Below are positions 28,855-37,350 of a DNA stretch of 64,000 nt, piece after piece (the stretch's first letter is position 1; each line of letters starts with the position of its first letter). The DNA lies in assembly GCA_045580305.1 (NCBI GenBank), contig JAZNNQ010000054.1:46371-110370 (forward strand), read 5' to 3'. A program made the translations under genes and the position numbers. Origin of the DNA: Eubacteriales bacterium (lineage in GTDB: Bacteria > Bacillota > Clostridia > Oscillospirales > JAAYXM01). Below the pieces are notes generated by a model. The model was not told the origin of the DNA and made no database searches. It saw nothing but the letters and a program-made list of their open reading frames with translations.

Positions 28855-29865
28855 CTACAAAAGGTTGATACCTGCAGCGCGACAGCGGGCAATATCATCG
28901 TCCGGCCAAATAGAGGACTGCACCTCGCCGATATGCGCCTTGTTGAGGAAGAACATACAAATTCGTGACTGGCCGATACCGCCACCTACGGTGAGGGGAA
29001 GCTCACCCGCAGCCAGCGCCTTCTGGAAAGGAAGTTCCAGTCTGTCCATACAATTTTCCGCCTCAAGCTGAGCGATAAGGCTCTTTTCATCAACACGGAT
29101 GCCCATAGAGGAGACCTCCATAGCGCAGTCGATGATGGGGTAGTAGAGCATAATGTCGCCGTTGAGCGCCCAATCGTCGTAATCCGGTGCGCGACCGTCG
29201 TGCTTTTCGCCGTTTGAAAGTTTGCCGCCGATCTGCATAATAAATACGGCGCCGCACTTTTTGGTGATAGCATATTCGCGCTCCTTGGAAGTAAGGTCGG
29301 GATACATATCAAGAAGTTCCTGAGTTGTGACAAAGGAAATATCTTCGGGAAGCTTAGGGGTTAAAAATGCGTATTTATTGCAAAGAAAAGCCTCGGTTTT
29401 GCGGAGAGAAGCATAAATTTTGCGGACAATATCCTTTAAATTATCCACGGTACGCTCGGCTCTGGTAAGCACACGCTCCCAATCCCACTGGTCAACATAG
29501 ATGGAGTGGAGATTGTCGGTATCCTCATCACGGCGGATAGCATTCATATCGGTATAAAGACCCTCTCCTGCGGAGAAGCCGTAGGTCTTAAGGGCCTGAC
29601 GCTTCCATTTTGCAAGGGAATGTACGATTTCGCAGGGCGCGTCGTTTAATTCAAGTACGCCAAAGCGCACGGGACGCTCAAAACCGTTTAAGTTGTCGTT
29701 AAGACCGGATTCCGGACGGACAAAGAGAGGCGCGGAAACGCGGGTCAGATTAAGAGCCTCTGCCAAGTTTCTTTCAAAATTGTCCTTAACCGCCTTGATA
29801 GCGACCTCGGTCTCTCGGATCGTAAGCGGTGTAGAATAGTTTTCCGGAATAATAAGATTTTTCAT
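28855..29865 (-). CDS. asnA: Aspartate-ammonia ligase (asparagine synthetase A)
   Basis: 336 aa with an N-terminus typical of AsnA (TIRETEVAIKAVKDNFERNLAEALNLTRVSAPLFV). Confidence 0.9.
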   Translation of the reverse strand: MKNLIIPENYSTPLTIRETEVAIKAVKDNFERNLAEALNLTRVSAPLFVRPESGLNDNLNGFERPVRFGVLELNDAPCEIVHSLAKWKRQALKTYGFSAGEGLYTDMNAIRRDEDTDNLHSIYVDQWDWERVLTRAERTVDNLKDIVRKIYASLRKTEAFLCNKYAFLTPKLPEDISFVTTQELLDMYPDLTSKEREYAITKKCGAVFIMQIGGKLSNGEKHDGRAPDYDDWALNGDIMLYYPIIDCAMEVSSMGIRVDEKSLIAQLEAENCMDRLELPFQKALAAGELPLTVGGGIGQSRICMFFLNKAHIGEVQSSIWPDDDIARCRAAGINLL

Positions 29866-29881
29866 CTGGGGGCACCTTCTT

Positions 29882-31225
29882 TTAGTACTTAATTAAATAG
29901 CTGTCAACTTCCCAATCGTGGACACAAGTGGTGTAATCGATCCACTCAAGCTCTTTTGCCTTGATGTATTTTTCGCAAATATGCTCGCCTAATGTGTCGC
30001 AAACGAGGGTATCTTTTCGCATATCAGCAATTGCCTCGGATAAATTGCGGGGCAGGGACTGAATATTATTCTCCTCGCGCTCTTTTCTTGACATATCGTA
30101 GATATTGCAATCAACGGGCGCAGGGGGAGTAAGCTTTCTCTTAATACCGTCAAGACCTGCAGCTAAAGCTACCGCAACCGCAAGGTAGGGGTTAGCGGAA
30201 GGATCCGGGTTACGAAGCTCAATTCGTGTTCCGGCACCACGGGATGAGGGAATACGGATAAGCGGGCTTCTGTTGTGAGCGCTCCAAGCCACATAAATGG
30301 GCGCTTCATAGCCGGGCACTAAGCGCTTGTAAGAGTTTACAAGAGGATTGGTGATTGCCGCGATACCCTTACTGTGTTCAAGCACACCTGCAATAAAATG
30401 ATATGCATCCTGAGAAAGACCAAGCTCGTCATTTTCATCGTAGAAAGCATTTTTGCCGTTTTTGGTAAGGGACATATTGATATGCATACCGCTGCCTGCA
30501 ATGCCGTAAATGGGCTTTGGCATAAAGGTCGCATGTAAATTATGCTGCTGAGCGATGCTCTTTACCGCAAGCTTGAAGGTCATAATATTATCAGCGGTGG
30601 AAAGCGCCGCGCCGTACTTAAAGTCGATTTCGTGCTGGCTGTCGGCACACTCGTGATGTGAAGCCTCAATCTCAAAGCCCATCTGCTCGAGCGCCTTACA
30701 CATATCGCGGCGGACACATTCGCCGAGGTCAACCGGACCTAAGTCGAAGTATCCCGCTTTGTCGTAAAGAATATTCGAGGGCTTGCCGTTCTCGTCGGTC
30801 TTAAAGAGGAAGAACTCGGCTTCCGGACCGATGTTAAAGCCATCGAAGCCCATATCATAAGCTTCTTTCAACACTTTTTTAAGCACATAGCGGGGATCGC
30901 CGTCAAAGGGTGTGCCGTCGGGACGGTAAACATCACAGATAAGACGGGCAACACGCTCCTCACCCTCTATCCAGGGGAAGACAGCGAAGGAATTAAGGTC
31001 GGGATAAAGGTACATATCCGACTCCTCAATTCGCACGAAGCCCTCAATGGATGAGCCGTCAAACATACACTGGTTATTAAGCGCACGCTCTAACTGCTTC
31101 TCGGTAATAGAAATATTTTTAAGAGTTCCGAAAATGTCGGTAAATTGCAGACGGATAAATTTCACATTCTGCTCTTTTACAATTCTTATAATGTCCTCTT
31201 TTGTGTAATTATTCATTAAAGACAC
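29882..31225 (-). CDS. glnA: Glutamine synthetase, type I
   Basis: 447 aa with GS beta-grasp and catalytic domain motifs ([20 protein letters not shown]). Confidence 0.93.
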   Translation of the reverse strand: MSLMNNYTKEDIIRIVKEQNVKFIRLQFTDIFGTLKNISITEKQLERALNNQCMFDGSSIEGFVRIEESDMYLYPDLNSFAVFPWIEGEERVARLICDVYRPDGTPFDGDPRYVLKKVLKEAYDMGFDGFNIGPEAEFFLFKTDENGKPSNILYDKAGYFDLGPVDLGECVRRDMCKALEQMGFEIEASHHECADSQHEIDFKYGAALSTADNIMTFKLAVKSIAQQHNLHATFMPKPIYGIAGSGMHINMSLTKNGKNAFYDENDELGLSQDAYHFIAGVLEHSKGIAAITNPLVNSYKRLVPGYEAPIYVAWSAHNRSPLIRIPSSRGAGTRIELRNPDPSANPYLAVAVALAAGLDGIKRKLTPPAPVDCNIYDMSRKEREENNIQSLPRNLSEAIADMRKDTLVCDTLGEHICEKYIKAKELEWIDYTTCVHDWEVDSYLIKY

Positions 31226-31348
31226 CCTTTACTTATACATATTCACCTTATAATAACACAAAAAGCGTCGTGATACAAGAAAATTATTAAAAAACTTTAC
31301 GGATGTGGGATTTTGGTGTATACTAACTCAAAAGGAGCGTGTAAATTT

Positions 31349-32308
31349 ATGGAATGGATACAAGTGGCAATTACCACAACGCCCGAGGGGATTGATGCTC
31401 TTTGCGGAATTTTGATGGAGCTTGGAATAAACGGCTTTGAAATTGAGGATGAAGGCGACTTTCACCGCTTTTTAGAGGAAAATAAAAAATATTGGGACTA
31501 TGTTGACGAGGAATTACTTGAACAGAAAAAGGGCGACACCAAGGTCAAGATATATGTAAGCAACAACGAAAGCGGCGCAAATCAGCTAAAGCTTGTACAG
31601 GAGCGGCTTGAGGAGCTTAAAGGAGACGAGTTTGGAAGTCTCAGTATAGAATTTACCAATATGAACGAAGAGGACTGGGCGGAAAACTGGAAGCAGTTTT
31701 TCCATCCGCTTAAAATCGGTGAGCGCGTGTTAATTCAGCCCGAGTGGGAGCCTGCGGAGGACACCGAGGGCAGGGTGGTATTTACCGTAAATCCGGGTAT
31801 GATTTTCGGCACAGGATCTCACCACACCACGCAGCTCTGCATTGAACAACTTGAGGAAAAGGTAAAAGACGGTATGCGAGTACTGGACCTGGGCTGCGGC
31901 AGCGGTATTTTATCAATTATTGCGCTGCTTCTCGGCGCATCTTACGCCGAGGCTGTGGACATTGACCCAAATGCAGAAAAAATCGCATACGAAAATGCCG
32001 AGCGCAACGGTGTCACAAAGGACAACTATGTTGTACACGCGGGCAATATTTTAACCGATGACGCGCTTTGCGCCCGCTTTGAGAGCGAAAAATACGATAT
32101 GGTGCTTGCCAATATTGTGGCAGATGTAATTATACCGCTGGCGGATATTGCACCCTGTTTTATGAAGAAGGACAGTATTTTCATTACCTCGGGTATTATT
32201 ATGAGCCGAATTGATGAGGTAAAGACGGCACTTTTAAAGAATTTTGAGATTGTAAGCGTCCACGAGAAGAAGGACTGGGCGGCAATAGTTTGTAAGCCCA
32301 AGTTTTAA
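31349..32308 (+). CDS. prmA: Ribosomal protein L11 methyltransferase
   Basis: The start MEWIQVAITT follows AGGAG. SAM motif VLDLGCGSGILSI. The ORF-track start at 31313 is probably too early. Confidence 0.88.
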   Translation: MEWIQVAITTTPEGIDALCGILMELGINGFEIEDEGDFHRFLEENKKYWDYVDEELLEQKKGDTKVKIYVSNNESGANQLKLVQERLEELKGDEFGSLSIEFTNMNEEDWAENWKQFFHPLKIGERVLIQPEWEPAEDTEGRVVFTVNPGMIFGTGSHHTTQLCIEQLEEKVKDGMRVLDLGCGSGILSIIALLLGASYAEAVDIDPNAEKIAYENAERNGVTKDNYVVHAGNILTDDALCARFESEKYDMVLANIVADVIIPLADIAPCFMKKDSIFITSGIIMSRIDEVKTALLKNFEIVSVHEKKDWAAIVCKPKF

Positions 32309-32414
32309 AATAAAGAGCAAAAAATTTGCGCATAATATCGTATAGTACTGGACAAACGGAAGAAAGTTTGGTAAAATATGTTATGATTTTAGAACAGTGG
32401 AATGGTGATTTGTT

Positions 32415-33149
32415 TTGCCGAAGTTTTTTGTAGAGCGTGAAAATATCGGCGAGGAGCGGGCGTATATACGCGGCGCCGATGCAAATCATATTGCGAGGGT
32501 GCTTCGTGCCCGTGTTGGTGAGCAGATTACAGTCTGTGACGGTGCGGGATGTGATTATTCCTGCAGGATCGAAAGTATTCTGCCCGACGAAGTGAGCCTT
32601 ACCATTGTGGAAAAGATGCCCTGCACAGCTGAGCCGGATGTTCAGATAACCCTTTTTATGGCGCTTCCCAAAAGCGATAAGATGGATTATGTGGTGCAAA
32701 AGGCGGTGGAGCTCGGCGTCTATAGGATAGTTCCTTTTTCAGCATCCAGATGTGTGGTAAAATTAGACGGTGTTGCAGGTAAAAAGAAGGCTGAGCGATG
32801 GCAAAAAATCGCCCACGCCGCTGCAAAGCAGTCCGGACGGGGAATTGTTCCCGAGGTGAGCGCGCCGATTACTTTTGATGCGCTTATGGAAAAGGCGGGC
32901 GAATTTGACCTTCCTCTTCTTTGTTATGAGTGTGAGGAGGAAAATTCCCTTAAGAAAATCCTTTCAAAAAACAAGTTTAAAAGTGCTTGTGTCGTGGTTG
33001 GGCCTGAGGGAGGCTTTGACCGTGTTGAGGTAGAGCAGGCGATAGAGCACGGCTTTAAGTCGGTTTCATTGGGTAAAAGAATTTTAAGATGTGAGACCGC
33101 ACCCGGCTGTGTGATATGTGCAATTCTGTATCATACCGATAATATGTAA
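32415..33149 (+). CDS. rsmE: 16S rRNA (uracil1498-N3)-methyltransferase RsmE
   Basis: 244 aa in the prmA-rsmE pair. SPOUT C-terminus (VVVGPEGGF...SLGKRILRCETA). TTG start. Confidence 0.85.
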   Translation: MPKFFVERENIGEERAYIRGADANHIARVLRARVGEQITVCDGAGCDYSCRIESILPDEVSLTIVEKMPCTAEPDVQITLFMALPKSDKMDYVVQKAVELGVYRIVPFSASRCVVKLDGVAGKKKAERWQKIAHAAAKQSGRGIVPEVSAPITFDALMEKAGEFDLPLLCYECEEENSLKKILSKNKFKSACVVVGPEGGFDRVEVEQAIEHGFKSVSLGKRILRCETAPGCVICAILYHTDNM

Positions 33150-33167
33150 AAGTAGGAGTGAGTATTC

Positions 33168-33956
33168 GTGAGTAACGAAAAGAAAAAGACATCGCAGGAA
33201 GTAGCACAGCAGGATTATGTGACAAATAAACTGCTATCCGCGTTTACCGTTGCATTTATTATGATTATCGGTGTTATGTACTTCAGCCGTATGATGCATA
33301 GAATTGACACCTATGTTTCCGCAATTACCGGAATAAAGGCGCTGGCAATAATTCTTCTTGCCTTGACACTTATCTTCTCGGTTATTGCTGTTATCCAGAA
33401 GACAAAGAAGACAGAACAGAAGTACAAACTGATTACACCAAAGCATCTTGCAGTTGTGCTTGGCTTTGCAACCGCTTGTTTCGGCGCTTTGGCTCTTGCG
33501 TTTTCCGAGAATACCGTAAGCCTTCTTTATGTGGTTATCCCTACAGTTACCGTGCTGTTTATCGTATACCATGTATATCCCGGTGATTTCTTTGCAATCT
33601 CCACCATTTCTGCATTCGGTGCGATCGGTATTTGGCTGGTCGGCTCCGCACTCAGCGGCGGTATGGGCGCATCCAAACTCTGGCTTATTTTAGGCGTTGT
33701 ACTTGCGGCGCTCGCAGTTCTTATTGTTGCGGTAATTGTTATTCAGGCAAACGGCGGTAAGTTGTGCCGCAAAAGCAAATGCAAGATATTTGCTGAGGAT
33801 GCCAAATACTTCTTGTTATATATAACCATCGCGCTTATTTTAGCCCTGCTGATCGCAACCTGGTTTATGGTGGGCGCGGCAACATATTATTTCTTATTTG
33901 TAATCCTCGCATATTTCGTTGTAGTTGGCATCTATTACACGCTGAAGATGCTGTAG
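33168..33956 (+). CDS. Hypothetical multi-pass membrane protein
   Basis: 262 aa with about 7 TM helices, a GTG start and AGGAG upstream. I recognise no family. Confidence 0.55.
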   Translation: MSNEKKKTSQEVAQQDYVTNKLLSAFTVAFIMIIGVMYFSRMMHRIDTYVSAITGIKALAIILLALTLIFSVIAVIQKTKKTEQKYKLITPKHLAVVLGFATACFGALALAFSENTVSLLYVVIPTVTVLFIVYHVYPGDFFAISTISAFGAIGIWLVGSALSGGMGASKLWLILGVVLAALAVLIVAVIVIQANGGKLCRKSKCKIFAEDAKYFLLYITIALILALLIATWFMVGAATYYFLFVILAYFVVVGIYYTLKML

Positions 33957-33974
33957 AAATATTTTAAAATGTCC

Positions 33975-34003
33975 TTGACTATTGGATAAGTTTTATGTAT
34001 AAT
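33975..34003 (+). promoter_or_regulatory. Near-consensus promoter for tRNA-Ser
   Basis: TTGACT (33975-33980), 17 nt, TATAAT (33998-34003). Confidence 0.75.
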
Positions 34004-34074
34004 GTTTAGTGCTGGTCGGAAAACGGGCAATGTTTTCCGACCGGGCACTGAAAATTTAATGATATTTTCGACAT

Positions 34075-34165
34075 GGAGAAGTACTCAAGAGGTCGAAGAG
34101 GCGCCCCTGCTAAGGGTGTAGGTCGTTAACGCGGCGCGGGAGTTCAAATCTCCCCTTCTCCGCCA
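34075..34165 (+). tRNA. tRNA-Ser (anticodon GCU), long variable arm, CCA encoded
   Basis: Acceptor GGAGAAG/CTTCTCC, anticodon stem-loop CGCCC-CTGCTAA-GGGTG, T-arm GGGAG-TTCAAAT-CTCCC. 91 nt. Confidence 0.92.
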
Positions 34166-34205
34166 TAAAAAAGAGAGCATCTTTTGATGCTCTCTTTTTT
34201 ATTTT
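34166..34205 (+). terminator. Intrinsic terminator after tRNA-Ser
   Basis: 10-bp stem AGAGAGCATC/GATGCTCTCT with a TTTT loop and a T-run. Confidence 0.85.
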
Positions 34206-34349
34206 GGAAAGGGAAGAGATTTGAACTCTAAGAGGGCAACGAGCGTCAAGAAAACGATTGATAATCGTTTTTAGCGAAGTTGGTGTGAGACGGGTACCGC
34301 ACACAAAGTGTGTGGTCGTCGAGCAGGGGCAGATTGCGAAGCAATATGC

Positions 34350-34378
34350 ATCTCCCCTTCTCCGCCATAAAAAAGAGA
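34350..34378 (+). repeat. Perfect 29-bp direct duplicate of the tRNA-Ser 3' end plus flank
   Basis: ATCTCCCCTTCTCCGCCATAAAAAAGAGA occurs at 34148-34176 and again at 34350-34378. A 14-mer AAGAGATTTGAACT also occurs twice (34214-34227 and 34373-34386). Confidence 0.9.
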
Positions 34379-34460
34379 TTTGAACTGCAAAAAAGGGAAT
34401 TCCGGTTTTATTGCGAATACTTACAGACGAGAAAAATTTAATTAAAAGGAGCAATAAAAA

Positions 34461-35240
34461 ATGAATTTCGTCTTTCCAATAGAGTGTGCGGTCAGGGCGT
34501 GCTGTGAAAAATATGGTGATGTCTGTTTTGTTTTGGAGGGAAACTCATTATATACATCCGTAATAAAAAATATGTCGCATGGGTCTGAATGCATTTCCAT
34601 TTGTGACAGAATGATTTATGGAAAAGTCAGTCGCAATGCATACTCATACAATTTTATCCGAAACAGAATTAAGGCCAATTTGTTTATGGATTTCAAAGAA
34701 GAATACAACGGCGCAAATATTGTAAATGATATCGTATCCCTTCAAAAATTAAAGGCTGCGAAGGGAAAAAAATACATTTTAATTCAATGGGGGACCCCAA
34801 TAGACGATATTTGGAGGATTTTTGTTCAGGGCCTTTTGGGGAAAAACAAAATGACAAATGAAATCGTGCTGTTGAAAATTTGTGATGATGGTTGTATTAT
34901 AAAATCAGAGTTTGAGAGTTTAAACATTAGTGGCGCATATGATGCATTTAAAAATGTTGTTTGCAGGCGCAAGAAAACAACGCCGAATAATTACGGCATT
35001 TCCGAAGAAACAATGGATTTTTTAATAGATATTAATTCAAAAGACAGCAAAATTCTTAAATACATACGCGAAAACATCATAGATGAGAATGATTTGGCCG
35101 CGTCATACCTTAAATTTTGTGCGGATGACAAAATAAATAAATTCGGGCTGTCGGAATTTGATTTTTATAAGCTTATGTACGACAAAATGATAAAAGACGG
35201 CGAGGAAAATCTTGCAAAAAAATTTGCAAAGACATATTGA
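34461..35240 (+). CDS. Hypothetical protein, no recognisable family
   Basis: 259 aa with AAGGAG upstream. AT-rich coding sequence. It is the first gene of a two-gene operon. Confidence 0.6.
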   Translation: MNFVFPIECAVRACCEKYGDVCFVLEGNSLYTSVIKNMSHGSECISICDRMIYGKVSRNAYSYNFIRNRIKANLFMDFKEEYNGANIVNDIVSLQKLKAAKGKKYILIQWGTPIDDIWRIFVQGLLGKNKMTNEIVLLKICDDGCIIKSEFESLNISGAYDAFKNVVCRRKKTTPNNYGISEETMDFLIDINSKDSKILKYIRENIIDENDLAASYLKFCADDKINKFGLSEFDFYKLMYDKMIKDGEENLAKKFAKTY

Positions 35241-35260
35241 TGAACGAAAGGAGCTTTAAT

Positions 35261-36076
35261 ATGATAAGTGCCAAGGAATACACGATAAAAAGAAACGAAT
35301 TGATGGATGAATATGAAAGAAAAGTGCGAGACTGGTTAAAGGAAAAAGGTGCGGGAGAAATCGCGGATAAAATCCCCTTTTACAGAGACGGAGTTACCTG
35401 TCCTGAGGTTTGGTTTAAGCCCGGAAATAATTTCAGACCGCTATTCATACTCAAAGAAGTGAGCATAGGAAAAGATGATATAGAGGGCTTGAATGAATAT
35501 TTGGAGGAATGGGACGATAAAAGGACCTTCGATTTTACGGAATATCCTTTCGATGATGTAAAAATCGGGAAATTCACTACATGGCGAAAGATTGCCGCTC
35601 TGGCAAAGGGACTTGAGGATATCCATAAGGGCTTGGGCATCCGCGAGTACGACATAAACGAGTTTGCATACCGCGAGGGCGGGGAAAAATACAGCGGGAC
35701 GACCCCCGGGTACTTGGCCTACGGTGCGAGAACCGCCAATGAAGCATACAATGATATTATGAGTAAAATAGCGGTGCTGGAGATTAAAAAGGTCGGTGGC
35801 GGAACGATAGCCACAAAAGATTTATCCCTTGCCACGCGGTATTATTCTGAGCACATTACGCCATTTAGAGATTTAATCTGCAGAGAAATAGAATTAATAA
35901 AGCCCACAGTGGTAGTAGGTTGCTGCAGGGAGTTTTTTACCGGCAATCTGTTAAAAGAGGTAGAGGATCGAGTGAGTGATGTGCCGTGGATATACGGCTA
36001 TCATCCGTCAATGACTTCGACAGAGAATTTCTACTATAAGACGGTAAGGGCATTTGCGGGATTAATGAAAAAATAG
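35261..36076 (+). CDS. Hypothetical protein with a possible uracil-DNA-glycosylase-superfamily-like fold (weak, by eye)
   Basis: 271 aa from the ATG at 35261, with AAAGGAG 7 nt upstream; the ORF-track TTG at 35237 is less likely. The motif order LFILKEVSIG ... VLEIKKVGGG ... KPTVVVGCC ... YGYHPSM resembles the UDG-fold layout. No search was run. Confidence 0.55.
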   Translation: MISAKEYTIKRNELMDEYERKVRDWLKEKGAGEIADKIPFYRDGVTCPEVWFKPGNNFRPLFILKEVSIGKDDIEGLNEYLEEWDDKRTFDFTEYPFDDVKIGKFTTWRKIAALAKGLEDIHKGLGIREYDINEFAYREGGEKYSGTTPGYLAYGARTANEAYNDIMSKIAVLEIKKVGGGTIATKDLSLATRYYSEHITPFRDLICREIELIKPTVVVGCCREFFTGNLLKEVEDRVSDVPWIYGYHPSMTSTENFYYKTVRAFAGLMKK

Positions 36077-36121
36077 GTAACAAATGGAAAAAACTTGCAA
36101 ATACTGCCGGCAATGCTATAT

Positions 36122-36141
36122 ACTTATAATATATTATAAGT
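36122..36141. repeat. Perfect 20-bp palindrome upstream of the DUF3842-like gene
   Basis: ACTTATAATATATTATAAGT ends 13 nt before the ATG at 36155. Confidence 0.8.
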
Positions 36142-36154
36142 TGGAAGTGGTAAT

Positions 36155-36565
36155 ATGAATATAGTAGTTATCGACGGTCACGGCGGGCTTATCGGCGCGC
36201 AGATCGTAAAAGAAATAAAAGAACAAATAAAGGGTGCAAAAATTATCGCCATTGGAACAAATGCGGTCGCAACCGCCGCAATGCTGAAGGCGGGCGCAAA
36301 TGATGCGGCGACCGGCGAAAATCCGGTAATTGTTGCAAGTCGTAAGGCAGATGTGATAATCGGCCCCATTGGCATTGTGATTGCGGACTCACTTATGGGT
36401 GAAATTACGCCTGAAATGGCGGTTGCCATAGGGCAGGCAGATGCTACGCGCATTTTAATTCCGATGAATAAGTGTGAAAACTTAGTGGCAGGCGTACCAA
36501 ATGTCAACACCGGCGCGCTGATTGAAGATGTTATCGCCAAGCTGAAGAATATCATAACTCCTTGA
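36155..36565 (+). CDS. DUF3842-like small protein
   Basis: 136 aa starting MNIVVIDGHGGLIGAQIVKEIK...IIAIGTNAVATAAMLKAGA. The family name is recalled from memory and not verified. Confidence 0.5.
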   Translation: MNIVVIDGHGGLIGAQIVKEIKEQIKGAKIIAIGTNAVATAAMLKAGANDAATGENPVIVASRKADVIIGPIGIVIADSLMGEITPEMAVAIGQADATRILIPMNKCENLVAGVPNVNTGALIEDVIAKLKNIITP

Positions 36566-36590
36566 CATATTGATTATAAAGTGGTAAAAT
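36562..36590 (+). promoter_or_regulatory. Consensus-like promoter ahead of the 36730 membrane protein gene
   Basis: TTGACA (36562-36567, overlapping the upstream stop codon), 17 nt, TAAAAT (36585-36590). This leaves a leader of roughly 130 nt. Confidence 0.6.
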
Positions 36591-36729
36591 TTACACGCTG
36601 TTCAGAAGAACGGCGTTAAGAAACAGAAGTTTCATTTTATTTTATAAAAACAGACTAACAGATGCTATGAAGGTGTCATTATCTCTGAAGAGGTACTGGC
36701 GCCTTTTTGTGTTTGAAAGGGGAAAATAT

Positions 36730-37248
36730 ATGAAAAAAACAAATAAAATGGTACTTTCAGCAATGTTTATCGCCATCGCGTATGTCCTGCCGTTTTTAAC
36801 CGGTCAGATCCCTGAAATCGGAAATATGCTTTGTCCGATGCATATTCCCGCGCTGCTTTGCGGCTTCATTTGCGGCAGTCCTTGGGGGCTTGCAGTGGGA
36901 TTTATCTCCCCGCTCATTAGGTCTTTTACTTTAGGTGTGCCGCCACTTTTCCCAAAGGCAATATGTATGGCGGTGGAGCTCGCTGCTTACGGCGCGATAG
37001 CGGGCGCTCTTTATAAAAAACTCCCTAAAAACAATGCAAATATCTACATTTCACTTATTACCGCAATGATTGTGGGAAGAATTGTTTGGGGCGCTGTAAT
37101 GCTCGCTTGTATAGGATTTGATGTTTCAAAATTCGGGCTCACGGTATTTTGGGCAGAAGCGTTTACAAAGGCTATCCCGGGAATTATCGTTCAGATAGTG
37201 CTCATACCGCTTATTGTCATGGTAACGAATAAAAGGAAGATATCTTAG
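36730..37248 (+). CDS. ECF-transporter S-component-like membrane protein, substrate unknown
   Basis: 172 aa from the ATG at 36730 (RBS GAAAGGGGA). It has 5-6 TM helices and the motif LCPMHIPALLCG seen in small vitamin S components. The substrate is not assignable. Confidence 0.5.
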   Translation: MKKTNKMVLSAMFIAIAYVLPFLTGQIPEIGNMLCPMHIPALLCGFICGSPWGLAVGFISPLIRSFTLGVPPLFPKAICMAVELAAYGAIAGALYKKLPKNNANIYISLITAMIVGRIVWGAVMLACIGFDVSKFGLTVFWAEAFTKAIPGIIVQIVLIPLIVMVTNKRKIS

Positions 37249-37350
37249 ATATCTTCCTTTTAATTTATAAAAAATTCAATGTAATATGGTTGACGGGTAA
37301 GTGAATAAAGTAGTAAAATTAGAATACAAAAAGACCTAAAGGAGGATATT

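Noticed and set aside
34200-34349. Possible tRNA or tmRNA-like gene on the minus strand, suggested by a T-arm-like AGAGTTCAAATCTCT
   Set aside because: I found no complementary acceptor 5' strand, D-arm or anticodon arm at tRNA spacing. The 5'/3' pairing over about 170 nt is poor. I treat it as a fragment within the duplication (see findings).
34110-34454. 114-aa minus-strand ORF
   Set aside because: It runs antisense through tRNA-Ser and its duplicated 3' end. Its C-terminal ...GRFELP... peptide is the usual artefact of translating a tRNA T-arm.
36178-36555. 125-aa minus-strand ORF
   Set aside because: It mirrors the plus-strand DUF3842-like gene. The plus frame has an RBS, a promoter and a globular-looking sequence. 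The minus frame is low-complexity and rich in Ala, Ile and Ser.
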